Source: Clostridiales bacterium
Lineage (GTDB): Bacteria > Bacillota > Clostridia > Peptostreptococcales > Anaerovoracaceae
Direction: 5' to 3'
NCBI GenBank assembly: GCA_003542355.1
Contig: DPKU01000019.1
Span: 287-24,952 of the forward strand
DNA length: 24,666 nt
In this document: positions 7,359 through 16,999 of the stretch, one piece after another
Numbering within the stretch: the first letter of the stretch is position 1
Layout: every line of letters begins with the position of its first letter
Notes under the pieces: model-generated
Databases searched by the model: none
Told to the model about the DNA's origin: nothing
Seen by the model: the letters and a program-made list of their open reading frames with translations, nothing else
Program-made: the position numbers and the translations under genes

Positions 7359-8252
7359 TCAAAGCAATTCTATCCATCGCAGCCGATCCGGATCCGCTTT
7401 CGTTTGAAACGAGTGGATCTTTTTTATTTTGCGGGCACCAGGACCGTGATCATCCGATCCGATGGAAACCAGCATCATATTCTGATCCGCCAGCGCCAAT
7501 AAAAAATCCGTCCGCTCCTGATCATGGGTAGGATAGTAGCACTCCAGTCCGTCCAATCCCAGTGCGCTCAGCCGGCCAACGACCAGAACGAGGCGCTGGC
7601 GAAACCTTTCGGGATCCCGGAGCAAAGACGGATAGTCAAGCTGAAAAGGATGGGCAAGGAACGCCTTTCCGCCGGCTTGGTGGATGATTCGGATCGCCTC
7701 TCCAGAAGATGTTTTCTCCTTGCGGATCGAACGGATCGCCGGATCGGCCATCAAATGCCGGGAGGCGAAGGCTTCTTCGATGCTATCGGCAAATCCTTTC
7801 TTTACAAATGTTGCTGCAAAAGACCGCTTCCCCACGAATTTCCCAGGAGAATCCACTTCCAGTTCCTCTTGTCCGAGTTCAATGCCCTTTTCCCGAAACG
7901 CCCGGTACAGCTTTTCGTTTCGTTCAGCTCTGCTCTTGCGAATCTCTTGCATTTTATCCTGCAGCGGCTTACTTTCCAGATCGATCCCGTATCCCAGCAC
8001 ATGCATCGTGTGCTTTTCCGACTCGCAGTCAAGACCTTCCGATTGCCATTCAGTTGAGAATTCAAGACCGGGGATCACCCGCATTCCCAGGGGTATGCCG
8101 GCACGTACAGCAGCACGAACACCGTCGATTCCATCGTGATCCGTGATGGCGATCGTCCGCAGGCCTTCCCTATGGGCTCTTTCCACCAGATCTTTGGGGC
8201 TTTCCGTTCCATCGCTATAGTGGGTGTGCAGATGCAGATCGATGTCAATCAT
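7359..8252 (-). CDS. PHP-domain phosphoesterase (TrpH/YciV-like)
   Basis: DLHLHTHYSDG, AITDHD, PGLEFS, HVLGY, LAHP, GLECYYPTH and GSDDHG. The start overlaps the DJ-1 stop (ATGATTGA). Confidence 0.9.
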   Translation of the reverse strand: MIDIDLHLHTHYSDGTESPKDLVERAHREGLRTIAITDHDGIDGVRAAVRAGIPLGMRVIPGLEFSTEWQSEGLDCESEKHTMHVLGYGIDLESKPLQDKMQEIRKSRAERNEKLYRAFREKGIELGQEELEVDSPGKFVGKRSFAATFVKKGFADSIEEAFASRHLMADPAIRSIRKEKTSSGEAIRIIHQAGGKAFLAHPFQLDYPSLLRDPERFRQRLVLVVGRLSALGLDGLECYYPTHDQERTDFLLALADQNMMLVSIGSDDHGPGARKIKKIHSFQTKADPDRLRWIELL

Positions 8253-8790
8253 GGAACAGCAGTCCTTTTTTGATCTCATCTCTGGTGTGCGCATCTGTAA
8301 GAGCTTTCAAAATTTCCAGAGAGAACGGCATCGCCGTGGCGGGGCCCTGAGAGGTGATGAGGTTTTCATCCACACAAACGATGGCCGAACAGGGGACGGC
8401 GCCCTTGATCTCAGCTTCCATGCCCGGGTAGATCACGGCTTTTCGGCCGCTCAGGATCCCTGCTTTTGCCAGCACCATGGGCGCTGCGCAAATGGCGCAG
8501 ATCAAGGTGCCTTTTTCGTTTTCGCTCCGGAGCCTCTCCAGAAGAACAGGGCTGTGAAGCAGCCCCAAAGCGCCGGGCATCCCTCCAGGCAGGATCAGCG
8601 CTTCGGCCTGGATTTTTTCGCTTTCTGCAAGCATCGTATCACAGACGATCGTGATCCCATGGGCGCCGGCCACCGTCAGATCATTCTCCACGGATACCGT
8701 CTCCACTTGCAGTCCGGCGCGACGCAGCACATCCACTGGCGTTAAGGCTTCGATCTCTTCGAAGCCTTCCGCGATATATACAAATATCAT
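8245..8790 (-). CDS. DJ-1/PfpI/ThiJ family protein (glyoxalase/deglycase-like)
   Basis: AEGFEEIEA, LPGG, ICAAP (nucleophile Cys) and ITSQGP; RBS AAGGAG. Confidence 0.92.
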   Translation of the reverse strand: MIFVYIAEGFEEIEALTPVDVLRRAGLQVETVSVENDLTVAGAHGITIVCDTMLAESEKIQAEALILPGGMPGALGLLHSPVLLERLRSENEKGTLICAICAAPMVLAKAGILSGRKAVIYPGMEAEIKGAVPCSAIVCVDENLITSQGPATAMPFSLEILKALTDAHTRDEIKKGLLFHD

Positions 8791-8808
8791 CTCTTGCTCC
8801 TTTCCTTT

Positions 8809-11800
8809 TTAAAATGTCATCGTTAGCTGATCTTCCGCGGCCAGAAGATACAGGATCGCTTCTTTGACCGGCACGCGAGTGATCTTCTCCAGTGCTTCTT
8901 TATACAAGCGCATCTGAGTTCGATATGTGCGCTGCAACCGTTCCTTTTCTTCCTGCCACGTTTTCGGATCGACGAAATTGCTCTTGTAATCTACAAGCAC
9001 CCACTGATCTCCTTCTTTGAAATAACAGTCGATGGTTCCCTGTACCAGCCGTTCGCTGCCGCGAAACATGGTTTTCATTACAAAGGACGCTTCACGAAGC
9101 ACCTCCGGCGCTTCCAGGATGCGCGCTCCGGTCTCAGAGCGGAAAAAGGCGGCGATCTTCGCCGGATCCACGGCAGAAGCCTCTCTTGGCGTGACCATTT
9201 CCTTTTGAACCAGATCCTGCAGAAAGGAGAACACTGCTTCTTCCTTTGTATACTGTATGGATAATGGGATCCGCTCCAGCACGCTGTGGTACGCTGTTCC
9301 GATCTCAGCAGACGATAATATCTTCTCACCCGTAAGAAAACTCGGCTGCCGGAAAACAAAGGGATGGCTTTCCGTCTCCGCAACCCAGTCCTCCTCCTCA
9401 ACATCCTCTGCAGAAAGTCTCTTTCGAGGCGGTGCCGACTCGGCCTCCATGGCTGCCAGCTGGGATACAGTGAGTTTCACCGGCTCCTGAGGCGCCTCCG
9501 GGCTGAAACAGGGTTCTTTCAAATACCGGGTCCAGGGCATTTTCTCGGGATCGTCACTTGCCGCATCTGTGCCAAATCCGAATTCCAGATTCTGCTGCAG
9601 CCGGGATCTGGACATCTGTTCTTCTTCCAGGCCTCGGGCAAGCTGCTCTTTTGGTATGATCCGGACCGGAAGGTCACCGCCTGCAGCAGATAAAAGCATC
9701 TCCAGATAGGTTCCTGCATGCTCGACATCTCCCGGGAGGACCGCTTCGATTTTCTCCATTAGCTCGGAGGGTTTTCGCACTGCGGCCAGGAGCGCAAGCC
9801 GGTCCTTCGGACGGGTCATAGCCACATAGAGGATCCGGATCGCTTCCGCCAGATCTTCCTGTCGGATCCTGTCGTTGATCATCCGGTATACCAGTGAATC
9901 CGCATAAACGCCCCGACGGCTGTCGACCAGACGAAAGCCCAGCCCTAAATCCTTGTGGAGCGCCAGGGGAAGGCCGCTGGACTGATGAAGGATGCGCTTG
10001 TTCAGGCCGGCCAGAAGAACAAATGGAAATTCCAATCCTTTGCTCTTGTGGATCGTCATGATCTGCACGGCATCCGCATCTTCGGCCAGAATGCCAGCCT
10101 GCCCCACATCGATCTTTCCTTTTTTATCTGCCAGAAATTCCACATGACGGATAAAACCGTACAATCCGCCGAAATTTCCCGCTTCGTACGCCGCAGCTTT
10201 ATCCACCAAAGCCTGCAGATTCGCCTGGCGCTGCGTTCCGCCTGGAATGGCACGCACAAAAATGTGATACTGCGTGTCGATCATCAAAGACCACAGGAAA
10301 TCTGCCAGGGGACGATGCGTGGCCTGGTCGCGCCAGTCGTCCAGCTTACGCAAAAATGTACTGCATTTTTCTTTCAGGCCGCCCTGGGGACCATCACTGG
10401 CATAACGTAGAAAGGCTGCGTTGTACGATATTCTTTCGGAACAGCTCAGATTGGCAAAGATGCGAACTGCCGCCAGTTCATCTGCAGTGAATCCGAAAAT
10501 GGGAGACCGCAGAACGCTGAGCAGCGGTATATCCTGTTTTCGATTGTCGATCAGTCGGAGCAAATTCAAAAATACTTGGATCTCAATGGTGTTGAAGTAA
10601 CCTTCGTTGCGCTCCAGAATGACTGGGATCCCTGCGTCAGCCAGTGCCCTGTAATAGATCTCGCCGTTTCCGCTGACTGCCCGCATCAGCAATGCCATGT
10701 CCCGGTATGCCAGAGGCCTTTCCAGACCAGCCTTGTCGTCGTATATCACCTGGCCCAGCTGTTCCTTAATGATGGAAGCGGCCTGAATTGCTTCCAATTC
10801 CACGGCTTTCAGCTCCGCAATGTCCGGATCGATCTCTGCCTCATCGCTTTCATCGGTATCGACCAGGTACAAGATCGGTTTCTCATCACAAGGACCTTTG
10901 TACGGGCTGCCCTTGATCAGGGCCGCATCGCTGTCATAGGCCAGCCCTGTCGCCTCCGGATGCATGATGGAAGAGAAGACCCGGTTCACCAGATCAATGA
11001 TCCCCTCCTTAGAGCGAAAGTTGCTGTTTAGATCCACAATGCTGCTGTCGGCGCAGCGTCCGCTCTTATAAGACAGATATTTTTCGATAAAAAGCTCAGG
11101 CTCTGCAAGCCGAAATTTATAGATGCTCTGTTTGACATCGCCTACCATGAATAGGTTGTCCTGCCGGCAGATCTGCCGGATCAGCGCTTCTTGAACACCA
11201 TTGCTGTCCTGATATTCGTCGATAAAAATGTATCGGAACTGCTCACGGTATTCACGGCACACTTGAGGATCCTGCAGGATCTCCAGTGCGAAATGCTCAA
11301 TGTCCGAAAAATCCAGCAAGTTTTTCTTTTCTTTTTTTGCGGCATAGATCCCGTCAAAAGACCAAACCAGCTCAAACAGCGTCTCCAACGCAGGCTGCAT
11401 CATTTTATACTCTTCGAAGACACCGGCCCAATCCTGAAAGCCCGCCAGGCCCGAGAGTTTTCTGATGCGCTTTTTTGCCGCATCCCGCAGCCCGTTCACC
11501 AAGGCTTTCAGATCGTCGTTATAGAAAGGTTTTTCGTTCTTTTTGACGCTCATCACCGTAAAGGAGATCCCTTCGGCCAATCGGCTTAGCGCCTGCAAAA
11601 GCTGCCCTCGCCCCACCTGATCCAAAATCGCCCGGCATGCTGCCGCATCCTGGCTGTTTTTTGCCGTCAGATCCGGCAGGCAGAGTGCGCCGAAGGCATC
11701 CTTGCATGCCATAAGCTCCTCTGTCGTCTTTTCGAGATACGACACGACCCACGTCAGCTCCCGGCGGACCCGATCGCTCAAATGACAGATCACCGGGTCC

Positions 11801-12426
11801 TCTTCCGGTGAGAAAACTTCGCCTGCGTGACGCTCCACATGGGTCTGGGCCCAACCTTTCGGATCCGGAAGGCTTTGAAGGAATCTGTGCAGTACCGTGA
11901 TCATCTCGCGGACATTCTGGTCGCTCTTTGCTGTAGCATAACGATCCAGAAAATCGATGAACGCCGGATCTCCGCTTTCGAAACAGCCTTCGAGCAGCTC
12001 CTCCATCGATTCATCCTTCAGAATGCTCTGCAGGGTCTCGTCGCATAGAGAAAGCCCTGGTGCCTTTCCGATCACATGGTAATAGCGTCGGACGATCTCA
12101 AAGGCAAATGCATGGAATGTGCTGATGTTGGCCCGTCCGATCAGGGAAAGCTGCTGTCGCAGGTGCTGCTGCTTTTCAGGATCTCCTGCATGATCCGAAA
12201 GAGCTCGGTTCAGGCTGGCAAAAATCTTCTCTTTCATCTCCGCAGCCGCCGCATTCGTAAACGTCACGACCAGAATTTCGTTGACGCCCACGCCTTCCTC
12301 CAGAATCAACCGCTTGACCCGCTCTACCAGAACCGCCGTTTTTCCCGAGCCGGCGGCAGCGGAAACCAGAAGGTTTCTGCCGCTTTTTTCAATTGCCTCG
12401 ATCTGTCTGTCTGTCCAATTCATCAT
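8809..12426 (-). CDS. addA: ATP-dependent helicase/nuclease subunit A
   Basis: SAAAGSGKT, TFTNAAAAEMK, IDEYQDSN, VGDVKQSIYKFR, NFRS, TIHKSKGLEFP and LYVAMTR helicase motifs; C-terminal RecB-type nuclease QGTIDC...VDYKS...Q...Y; RBS GGGAG. Confidence 0.94.
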   Translation of the reverse strand: MMNWTDRQIEAIEKSGRNLLVSAAAGSGKTAVLVERVKRLILEEGVGVNEILVVTFTNAAAAEMKEKIFASLNRALSDHAGDPEKQQHLRQQLSLIGRANISTFHAFAFEIVRRYYHVIGKAPGLSLCDETLQSILKDESMEELLEGCFESGDPAFIDFLDRYATAKSDQNVREMITVLHRFLQSLPDPKGWAQTHVERHAGEVFSPEEDPVICHLSDRVRRELTWVVSYLEKTTEELMACKDAFGALCLPDLTAKNSQDAAACRAILDQVGRGQLLQALSRLAEGISFTVMSVKKNEKPFYNDDLKALVNGLRDAAKKRIRKLSGLAGFQDWAGVFEEYKMMQPALETLFELVWSFDGIYAAKKEKKNLLDFSDIEHFALEILQDPQVCREYREQFRYIFIDEYQDSNGVQEALIRQICRQDNLFMVGDVKQSIYKFRLAEPELFIEKYLSYKSGRCADSSIVDLNSNFRSKEGIIDLVNRVFSSIMHPEATGLAYDSDAALIKGSPYKGPCDEKPILYLVDTDESDEAEIDPDIAELKAVELEAIQAASIIKEQLGQVIYDDKAGLERPLAYRDMALLMRAVSGNGEIYYRALADAGIPVILERNEGYFNTIEIQVFLNLLRLIDNRKQDIPLLSVLRSPIFGFTADELAAVRIFANLSCSERISYNAAFLRYASDGPQGGLKEKCSTFLRKLDDWRDQATHRPLADFLWSLMIDTQYHIFVRAIPGGTQRQANLQALVDKAAAYEAGNFGGLYGFIRHVEFLADKKGKIDVGQAGILAEDADAVQIMTIHKSKGLEFPFVLLAGLNKRILHQSSGLPLALHKDLGLGFRLVDSRRGVYADSLVYRMINDRIRQEDLAEAIRILYVAMTRPKDRLALLAAVRKPSELMEKIEAVLPGDVEHAGTYLEMLLSAAGGDLPVRIIPKEQLARGLEEEQMSRSRLQQNLEFGFGTDAASDDPEKMPWTRYLKEPCFSPEAPQEPVKLTVSQLAAMEAESAPPRKRLSAEDVEEEDWVAETESHPFVFRQPSFLTGEKILSSAEIGTAYHSVLERIPLSIQYTKEEAVFSFLQDLVQKEMVTPREASAVDPAKIAAFFRSETGARILEAPEVLREASFVMKTMFRGSERLVQGTIDCYFKEGDQWVLVDYKSNFVDPKTWQEEKERLQRTYRTQMRLYKEALEKITRVPVKEAILYLLAAEDQLTMTF

Positions 12427-12498
12427 TCTTCTCCCGGGATTCATTATACACCATGTACCGATTTTGTGGTATGATTAGGTATAGTCTGGAGGCACGTA

Positions 12499-14046
12499 AT
12501 GAAACACACTATGCTATTGATTATCATGGACGGCTACGGCCTGTCGCCCAACGGACCGGGCAATGCCATTGCAAGGGCCAGAACACCGTTTCTGGACGAA
12601 TTGTATGCCACCTGTTCTCATACTGCGGTAAAGGCTTTCGGGAAAGCTGTAGGCCTGCCGAAAGACCAGATGGGCAACTCCGAGGTCGGTCATTTGAACA
12701 TGGGTGCCGGTCGTATCGTCTGGCAGGAGCTGTCCAAGATCAGTGATGGTATCGACGATCGTTCATTTTTCAGCAATCCCGCAATCCTCGGCGCAATGCA
12801 CCACGTCCGTCAAAATGGCTCTGCACTTCACTTGATGGGCCTGCTTTCCGATGGAGGCGTACACTCACACATCAGCCACCTGTATGCACTTCTGGATATG
12901 GCCGGGCGCGCTGGGCTGAGTCGAGTCTATATCCACGGCATTCTGGATGGCCGGGATGTGGGCCCCACAACTGCCCATCTTTATGTGCGGGAGCTGGAAG
13001 AAGACTTAAAGAACAGACCTTATGCTCAAATAGCCAGTCTCAGCGGACGTTATTATGCCATGGACAGGGACAATCGATGGGACCGGGTGGAAAAAGCCTA
13101 TCGGGCCCTCACCCTGGGCGAAGGCCTGCATGCAGACTCAGCGGAAGCTCTCTTGCAGCAATCCTACGATGCAGGAATAACCGATGAATTTGTCTTGCCG
13201 GGATTGATCACCAAAGACGGAAAACCCGTTGCAACCATCGAAGAGAACGATGCGCTGGTGTTTTTCAACTTCCGCCCCGACCGGGCACGAGAAATCACCA
13301 GGGCCTTTGTGGATCCCGAGTTTGACAGCTTTGACAAGCGCAGTCTGATCCCGAATCTGCACTTTGTTTGTCTCACGCAATACGATGTGGCGCTGCACAA
13401 TGTTTATGTGGCTTTTCCACCTCAATCGCTGAGCAATACGCTAGGCGAGTATTTGGCCTCCCTCGGAAAAAAGCAGCTCCGCATTGCGGAAACTGAAAAA
13501 TATGCCCATGTGACATTTTTCTTCAACGGTGGCGTGGAAAAACCCAATCCGGGCGAGGACCGGCTCCTGATCCCATCGCCAAAGGTTCCTACATACGATC
13601 TGAAACCGGAGATGAGCGCTTACGAAATCACCCGTGCTGCCGTTGAAAAGATCGAACAAGGGGACTACGACGTGATCATTCTGAATCTGGCCAATTGTGA
13701 TATGGTTGCGCACACCGGCATCATAGAAGCTGCTGTTCGCGCTGTGGAAACGGTGGATGATTGTGTCAGGATGCTTATTGAAGCAGTCAGGAAACAAAAG
13801 GGATGCGTTTTGGTCACCGCAGATCACGGAAACGCAGACTATATGCTGGATACCGAAGGCAATACGGTAACTGCGCACTCCACGGCGCCGGTCCCGCTGA
13901 TCCTGCCGGATCATCCGGAATATACCCTGGTTTCCGGCGGCAGTTTATGCGACATCGCACCCACGCTGCTGGAATTGATGGGTCTTCCCATCCCCTCCGA
14001 AATGACAGGTCATTCCCTGCTGCGCAAAGCAGCCATGGCTGAATGA
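12499..14046 (+). CDS. gpmI: 2,3-bisphosphoglycerate-independent phosphoglycerate mutase
   Basis: IIMDGYG, MGNSEVGH, SDGGVHSH, DGRD, GRYYAMDRD, FNFRPDRARE, AETEKYAHVT and TADHGNA; RBS GGAGG. Confidence 0.97.
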   Translation: MKHTMLLIIMDGYGLSPNGPGNAIARARTPFLDELYATCSHTAVKAFGKAVGLPKDQMGNSEVGHLNMGAGRIVWQELSKISDGIDDRSFFSNPAILGAMHHVRQNGSALHLMGLLSDGGVHSHISHLYALLDMAGRAGLSRVYIHGILDGRDVGPTTAHLYVRELEEDLKNRPYAQIASLSGRYYAMDRDNRWDRVEKAYRALTLGEGLHADSAEALLQQSYDAGITDEFVLPGLITKDGKPVATIEENDALVFFNFRPDRAREITRAFVDPEFDSFDKRSLIPNLHFVCLTQYDVALHNVYVAFPPQSLSNTLGEYLASLGKKQLRIAETEKYAHVTFFFNGGVEKPNPGEDRLLIPSPKVPTYDLKPEMSAYEITRAAVEKIEQGDYDVIILNLANCDMVAHTGIIEAAVRAVETVDDCVRMLIEAVRKQKGCVLVTADHGNADYMLDTEGNTVTAHSTAPVPLILPDHPEYTLVSGGSLCDIAPTLLELMGLPIPSEMTGHSLLRKAAMAE

Positions 14047-15629
14047 ATCCCGTCTGCAGCCGCTGACATGATACCTCCGGCATAACCGGCGCCCTCTCCT
14101 GCAGGGTAGAGGCCGGAGATTGCAGTGCCCCGAACGTCCAATGCTTCTTTCTTTTCGTTGCGCAGGATCCGCACCGGAGAAGAACTCCTGCTTTCAGGCG
14201 CCGTAAGGACAGCTGCAGGCAGATCAAAGCCCGGAAGCATGCGACCAAACCGGGGAAACGCTTCCCTGAGCGCTTTTGCGGCAAAAGGTGGCAGACAGGT
14301 TTCCACCTTCGTCCAGGTGACGCCCGGCCGATACGTGGGCTTTGGCTGACCGGCTCTCTTTCCTTCCGTATCCCCTGTCCCTAAAAAATCGCCCAGCCGC
14401 TCCGCAGGAGCATTGTAATTGGCCCCGCCTGCCTCGAAAGCTCTTCTTTCCCAGTTCTCTTGAAATGCTATGCCCGCCAGCGGATGATCCGATCCGTAAT
14501 CCGAAGGATATACATCCACCAGTACGGCTGAATTGGCATTGTCCCCTGCTCTGTTGCGGAAACTCATTCCATTGGTCACCACGCCGCCTTCCATGGACGC
14601 AGAAGCCACTACATACCCTCCGGGACACATGCAGAATGTGTACACGCCCCGATTTTCTGACGTGCGCATCGCCAGTTTATATTCGGCAGGCGGCAATCCG
14701 GCTTCCAGAGCGGTCTTTCCGTACCTTCCCATGTCGATCTCCCGCTGCAGATGCTCAATGCGAACACCGATGGAAAAAGGCTTTTGCGCCATTGCGATTG
14801 ACTGACTGTGGAGTGTTCGAAAGCTGTCTCTGGCGCTGTGTCCCAGTGCCAGCACTACGGTATCAGCGGGAAGCAACTCTCCGCCGGAGAGTCCAACACC
14901 CGTCACACGGCCATCGAGAAGCTCCAGATGATCCATGCAGGTGTTGAATCGTATCTCCCCTCCCGCATTGCAGATGCTTTCTCTCAGGTTGACGACGATC
15001 ATTCGCAGCTGATCGGTGCCCACATGAGGTTTCTGTTTATAAAGGATATCTTCCGGCGCTCCGGCAGCCACCAGTTCCGACAGAATAAAGCGATTGAGGG
15101 GATCTCCGGTCCCGGTGGTCAGTTTTCCGTCGGAAAACGTACCGGCGCCTCCTTCGCCAAACTGTACGTTGCAGGCCGGATCCAACTGCCCTTGATCCCA
15201 AAAGGCCGACACCGCCCGAATGCGGTCCTCCATGGATCCACCCCGTTCCAGGATGACAGGACGCAAGCCGGAACGGGCAAAGATCAGCGCGGCGAATATG
15301 CCGCAGGGACCAAAGCCGCAGACGATGGGCCGATGCGCGAAGGTTCGTTCGGGCTGCGGCAGAACAAAAAGATGCTCTTCAACTTTTTTGATACGAGCAT
15401 CTTCCCCACCGTTCCTGTTCAATATCTGGGCTTCCAAAGCAGGCGGCAGTTCCACGTCCACATTATAAACGAGAAGGATCCTTCCTTTGTTTCTGGCGTC
15501 CACAGATTCTTTGGATACCCGCCACCGCACCAGATCCTCTGTGGTGATGCGCAGCGCCTTGCACACGGCGGGAATCAGAAATTCCACAGGTTCTCCCGGT
15601 TTCAGCTTGATTCCGTTCAGTCGCAGCAT
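14010..15629 (-). CDS. Uncharacterised FAD-dependent oxidoreductase (COG2509 type)
   Basis: GFGPCGIFAA, FGEGGAGTFSDGKL, KPHVGTD, ALGHSARD, VGVR-like IGVRIEH, TFCMCPGG, VTNGMS and GEGAGYAGGI.SAA.DG. Start set at MLRLNG (RBS GGGGAG), overlapping the upstream stop. Confidence 0.88.
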   Translation of the reverse strand: MLRLNGIKLKPGEPVEFLIPAVCKALRITTEDLVRWRVSKESVDARNKGRILLVYNVDVELPPALEAQILNRNGGEDARIKKVEEHLFVLPQPERTFAHRPIVCGFGPCGIFAALIFARSGLRPVILERGGSMEDRIRAVSAFWDQGQLDPACNVQFGEGGAGTFSDGKLTTGTGDPLNRFILSELVAAGAPEDILYKQKPHVGTDQLRMIVVNLRESICNAGGEIRFNTCMDHLELLDGRVTGVGLSGGELLPADTVVLALGHSARDSFRTLHSQSIAMAQKPFSIGVRIEHLQREIDMGRYGKTALEAGLPPAEYKLAMRTSENRGVYTFCMCPGGYVVASASMEGGVVTNGMSFRNRAGDNANSAVLVDVYPSDYGSDHPLAGIAFQENWERRAFEAGGANYNAPAERLGDFLGTGDTEGKRAGQPKPTYRPGVTWTKVETCLPPFAAKALREAFPRFGRMLPGFDLPAAVLTAPESRSSSPVRILRNEKKEALDVRGTAISGLYPAGEGAGYAGGIMSAAADGIHSAMAALRSRE

Positions 15630-16891
15630 CCCGTCTCCCCCGCCGCCGTTCCGGCGATCCATCCGGAAGCAAAGGCCCATGTCAGATTGTATCCGCCACA
15701 AGGACCGTCAACATCCAGAATCTCTCCCGCAAAGTAGAATCCCGGGATCCTCCTGGACATGAGCCGCAGCGGATCCACCTCTTTCAGGCTTACCCCACCG
15801 GCTGTCACCTGGGCATCCTTCCAGGATTTTGTCCCGGTCACCCTGCGCTCATAGGACTTGCACAACGCTGCAATTCTGCGCAGTATATCGACTGATATCT
15901 CTTTGATGCTCCCGCCTGGATCTGCGCCGGCCTCCCGAAGCAGGCCCTGGGCCAGCTTGACGGGAAGCATGCCGTTCAGAAACGTGCTTGCCGGACGCTG
16001 GCCAAGCAGTTGGCAACGCTCGGTCAGTACAGTCAGTAGCTCTTCCGGTGCGCTCTCCGGGAAAAAATCCAGCTGTGCCGTGTAGTCCACGCCTTCCTGT
16101 ATTTCATAGAATCGACTGACGTTGAATGTGCATATTCCCGAAATCCCTTCCCGGGTCATCTGCACTTCGCCCCGATCCCGGGCAGCCAACTCTGATATCC
16201 CTGCCCGATGGCGATACAGACGGATCTCTCCCCTGACGCGTACGCCAAAAAGCGTCGGATCGGGATCCTCCAAAAGGAGTTGAGTCAGTGCGGGGATCGG
16301 CTTGACGATCCGATGGCCCAACGCCGATGCCAACCGATAGCCATCTCCCTGGCTCCCGTATTGCATGCCGGCTTTTCCGCCCGTGGCAAGGATCACACAG
16401 CGGGCAGTCTCCCTTTTCCCGTGAACGTCCTCCAGGATAAAGCCCTGGGGCGTCTGCTGACAACTTGCGACTGCGGCGTCTGTCCGAAGTTGAACACCTT
16501 CCGTTTCTATGGAGAGCAGCAAGGCTTCCACAACGCTTTCGGCTTGCAGCGACCTGGGATAGAGACGGCCTTCTTCCTGTGCAATTGCAGGAACGCCCAT
16601 TTCGAAAAAGATTTTTTCCAGTACGAAGGGCGATGCCAGGTTCAAAGCAGGAGCGATCCACCAGGCGGCAGAGCCGCTGCCTTCCCGGCTGTTAAAATCC
16701 GGAGCGCTGGCATGCTGATTCAAAAAATTGCATCGGCCATTGCCCGTTGCATAGAGTTTCTTTCCAGCTGTCGCGTTTTTTTCCAACAAAAGAATCCGGC
16801 TTCCCGGAATGCATTTCGAAGCCGCTGCCGCCGCCATCAGTCCGGATGCGCCGGCACCGATGATCGCAAGATCGTAGTTCAGGTTTTCCAT
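15617..16891 (-). CDS. HI0933/YhiN/BaiN-family flavoprotein
   Basis: IIGAGASGLMAA, KKLYATGNGRCN, GRLYP, LATGG, GDGY..A...GH, AQVTAGGV and GEILDVDGPCGGYNL..AFASG. Confidence 0.92.
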   Translation of the reverse strand: MENLNYDLAIIGAGASGLMAAAAASKCIPGSRILLLEKNATAGKKLYATGNGRCNFLNQHASAPDFNSREGSGSAAWWIAPALNLASPFVLEKIFFEMGVPAIAQEEGRLYPRSLQAESVVEALLLSIETEGVQLRTDAAVASCQQTPQGFILEDVHGKRETARCVILATGGKAGMQYGSQGDGYRLASALGHRIVKPIPALTQLLLEDPDPTLFGVRVRGEIRLYRHRAGISELAARDRGEVQMTREGISGICTFNVSRFYEIQEGVDYTAQLDFFPESAPEELLTVLTERCQLLGQRPASTFLNGMLPVKLAQGLLREAGADPGGSIKEISVDILRRIAALCKSYERRVTGTKSWKDAQVTAGGVSLKEVDPLRLMSRRIPGFYFAGEILDVDGPCGGYNLTWAFASGWIAGTAAGETGCCD

Positions 16892-16939
16892 TTTTTCACC
16901 CTACCTAAACATACCATAAAACATCCTTCCGCGCAAAAG

Positions 16940-16968
16940 TTGACTAACGTTTTCCTTTTGATTATAAT
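16940..16968 (+). promoter_or_regulatory. sigmaA promoter of the DUF308 gene
   Basis: TTGACT, 17-nt spacer, TATAAT. Confidence 0.8.
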
Positions 16969-16999
16969 GAACCAGTGTCTTTTCGGCACGGAGGTATTC

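Noticed and set aside
6735-8252. PHP plus P-loop NTPase as a Ppl-like anti-phage system
   Set aside because: They are separate convergent genes. The P-loop protein has a nucleoside-kinase signature and the PHP belongs to the addA operon.
8809-12426. Stand-alone helicase-nuclease as a defence or mobile-element gene
   Set aside because: Length and motifs match housekeeping AddA, and there are no integrase, repeats or defence partners nearby.
16208-16999. Apparent 659-aa protein starting at 16208
   Set aside because: The first 264 codons are antisense to the HI0933 gene and cross a promoter. The real start is ATG 17000.
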